Shown: positions 60,706-64,000 of the stretch, piece by piece
Layout: the number at the start of each line of letters is the position of its first letter
Position numbering within the stretch: position 1 is the first letter of the stretch
Assembly: GCF_009914755.1 (NCBI RefSeq)
Contig: NC_060927.1
Origin: the human T2T-CHM13v2.0 reference genome, Homo sapiens
Reading direction: 5' to 3' (one strand)
DNA: 64,000 nt
The notes under the pieces: generated by a model
Database searches by the model: none
What the model saw: the letters and a program-made list of their open reading frames with translations, nothing else
What the model was told of the DNA's origin: nothing
Program-made: the position numbers and the translations under genes

Positions 60706-62962
60706 AGAAGGCCATATTAGGAGTTCTAGTGAACGTGATAGTTCTGAAAGCAAAATTATAATGGTAAAGATGGAAAAAATTAAGCAGAGTGAAGATACTA
60801 CATTGCTTACAAAAGCCAGTTTTTTAAAAAAATACTGATGGTATTTGACCTCAAGATACTAAAATGCATCTTTTCAAAAAATATTAAGTGCATTACATGT
60901 ACAGAAAGTAGTTTAAAGTAGTGCACTAAAAATAAATCTTATTTCTTTCTCTCAATTTTAATATTTCCTCTCAGGAATGTGCTAAATTGGTTCATGTCTT
61001 TATTAAAACTTCCTGCCTAAGAAGATGTTATCATCATCTTACGGACCCCTGAACGTAGAAGTTTGCATTGAAGAGTTCATATGCATCTCCAATTTATCAA
61101 CTTTAACTTCATCTTAATTAAATCGAGATTTCTTTATTTTCCCCCTGCTGTTTTAATGAGAATATGTTCTGCTTTCTGAAATACAATAAAAATTATATGA
61201 ACACAAATCCATTATAAACTCTCTAATTTTTAAAGGAAAGATACACTTTGATATTGTTTTCAAAAATAAAGCTCCTGTGAAGGAACATGAAACACAGCTA
61301 TTTACATTCTTACCAGAAGAGTTTCAAATCAAAACGTTGTTTTCATTACTTCAACAAAGACTAGCAATTGATTCTGTCAGATTGTAACTGAAGTACCTAC
61401 TGTGTGTCAAAATATTATTTTTCTCTTCTCAATTGGTAAAGCTAAAATAAAAAGAAATTTGGTAAAACTCCAATTTTCCATAGAAATTCTTATTGTTTAT
61501 CCATTTTGTATTGGTTCTCATAAATGTTTCTTCTGTTTTACCCTTTCTTACTAAGAATATACATCCAAAAATAGTTCATTCCCTTAGAAGACAGAATACT
61601 GACATCTCAAGATGTTTTCATGATGGCAGTGGCTATAATGACCCGTATACTACAGAAATGTCCACATGGTTAGAAGCCATTGAGAGTACTGGTGGCAAGT
61701 AAAGAGCAAGTGTTTGGTCATGGAGAGGTAAGCACACCTGGATGTTCTTGGGTTAGATTCCAGGTGTCAAAGCAGGGTTAATTTCCACAACTTCTGTAAC
61801 TCCTCAGAGTTTTAGGTCACAGAAAGGTAAATATAGTGATGTGAGTCAGTTTGAAAGATCTGTGTTCACTTCCAGGTGCTGACTGCTTCTGGAAAGGACT
61901 ACCAAAATTGCAATTAACTAGAGGCTGTTACCAGATATGGACTAAATATAGCCTATAGGATGGCCCAAGAATGTCAATTACCAGAACAGAATAACAAAAT
62001 ACACCGAATTCTTACCTTTGTAATGTAATGGACAACTGGGTCTGATTATGGGCTATAGCCCATCTTCTAAGGTTACTTTGGTCTTGACACCTCCACAGCT
62101 CACCGAACCCTTCTGTGGTTTGGTAAGGAGGGACCCCAGATGTCCTGTCTAGCTGTTACTTGTGAACATCTATTTGGTATCCAGTTACTTCAAAAAAGCA
62201 TAGTCTTACTTTTGAAAAACCTGTGCCACAATGTGTAACTTTAACATAGTCAGTATATTAGTAAAATAAAAGCTAAATTTTTGAGAACCAGGAAATTTGT
62301 TTTACATGCATAATGTCACTTACATTCACAATATCTTTGTACAATGAAGGAAAGACTGGAACTCAAGCAGTCTGAGTCCAGAACACAAACTCTGGAAAAT
62401 GTACAGAGTGATGGACCAGTGGTTTGTTAGGCACACTGTTATTTTATCATCATCGTCGTTATAACTGTCAAGTAGTATGTGCCTATGCATTAAGCAATCA
62501 AAGCACAACTTTATGTTTGTCCTGTATCATCATTGTTAAATTTATTCAAGAGTTTAATCTCCTGCTTTTGGGAGAAAAAAATGAATGTGGTTTTGCACTC
62601 ATACTTAGGTAACAGATAATCTTACAGTCATCATGAGTTATAAAAACAGAGCGCCTTACAGATTTACTGAAAATCTGTTCTGAAATTCCCTTGAGTTGCC
62701 TGGATGTCTTTTGCCTATGCTTGTAACTCTCCAAGGTTCCTACAAATCCAACATTCCTATTTGACTTCTTACTGCTAAGGTCCCTCTCCTCCTGTAATCA
62801 CCTGTTAAATAGGACACTATAGACCCTATGTCAGCTCTTTCTCTCAAATATCTCATATCTGGTCTTTGGGAATCATACTTTATTTTCCTTGACATACTCT
62901 GATATATACAAGTAGAATACAACTCAGTCATCTCTATCCTGCTTTTTCAGGTTGCCTTAAAC

Positions 62963-63311
62963 CAGCACTCCCCAACCTTTTTGGCACCAGAAACTGGTTT
63001 TGTAAGAGACATTTTTCCCACAGATGGAGTGGAGCTGGGTGGTATGGTTCTGAGATGAAACTGTTCCACTTCCACCACAAATCATCAGGCATTACATTCT
63101 CACAAGGGGGGTACAACCTAGATCCCTTGCATGCACAGTTCACAATAGGGTTTGCCCTCCTCTGAGAATCTAATGCCACTGCTGATCTTACAGGAGGTGG
63201 AGCTCAAGCAGTAATGCTCTCTGGCCTTCCACTCACCTCCTGTTGTGTGTCCTGGTTCCTAACAGGCCACAGACCAGTACCAGCTCATGGCCCAAGTGTT
63301 GGGTACCCCTG
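62963..63311 (+). mobile_element. MER1B hAT-Charlie element
   Basis: 'ccccaacctttttggcaccag...caacctagatcccttgcatgcacagttcacaatagggtttg...ttgggtacccctg'; imperfect 8 bp TSD ccttaaac/ctttaaag. Confidence 0.92.
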
Positions 63312-64000
63312 CTTTAAAGTCTTTTAGTCTCAGGGCATGCATCAGTCCACTGTATCTTCTAACTGCAGGGGACACCTTTCAGGGTCCTCAAGTGGGCTCA
63401 TGGAACCGCACTTCTCCTTGAAAGGAAGGGAACAATCTCACCCCTGTCTCCACTAAAACACCTATAGAGGTTCCTCAAAGCAAAGAAATAGGTGTCCCCA
63501 AATAATTTTATTTGATAAATTCTGCCCCATTCTTTGCACTCTCTCCACTCTTTTATGTCTTGAAAATGAGCCAAGGCAATCCAGAGTCATAGAATCTATT
63601 CTCAGCCATTTCCTTAGTAAACCCAATTTATAGTGGTGCATCTCATTCTTTCTTTCATACTTGACATCAATTGCTATGGCATCAAATTAAAAAATAAAAT
63701 AGTAGGAGTCCTAATCTAACATCCTAAATTATAAGTGAGCATCCACTATGTTGTAGACACAATGCTCCTTGTCCTTGGCACAATTTATAACCTACCCACT
63801 ACACTTTTAGCTAAAATGAGATTAAGTGCCCTCTTCAGTGAACTATCACTTATCACTCACACACTAGACAGTATGTACTATGCTACTTGATAGGTCTTTT
63901 CACATGAATAGAACATAGTCCCTATCATCTAAAGAAATTACACACTAGCAAAACAATTAAAAAAGTAAAGAATATTTTAAATTACAAGAGATTAATATTA

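Overview
This is AT-rich primate, almost certainly human, genomic DNA (it carries a human-specific AluYb8) that looks intergenic or deep-intronic. I find no convincing protein-coding exon, tRNA, rRNA or CpG island. The long ORFs are decayed LINE-1 ORF2 pieces; the rest are antisense or chance ORFs. Over half of the window is transposon-derived: old L1M/L2/MIR, MER DNA transposons, MaLR and ERVL solo LTRs, and a ~17 kb nested stack (21.1-38.1 kb). In that stack an old L1 hosts a MER61-type provirus, which in turn hosts a HERV-W LTR17 solo LTR and an L1PA. The most unusual structures are: (i) a ~690 bp near-perfect palindrome with an almost pure A/T spacer at 56.4-57.1 kb, PATRR-like and apparently built by template switching inside an Alu tail; (ii) a 55 bp locally templated insertion at 49.1 kb; (iii) a twin-primed L1PA2-like element with a stuttered 5' junction and a chimeric RT-core ORF; (iv) an MLT2A LTR with a perfect splice donor; and (v) a possibly polymorphic AluYb8. 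I do not see evidence for a genuinely new multi-gene system. Subfamily names come from recalled consensus features, and many boundaries of old elements are approximate.
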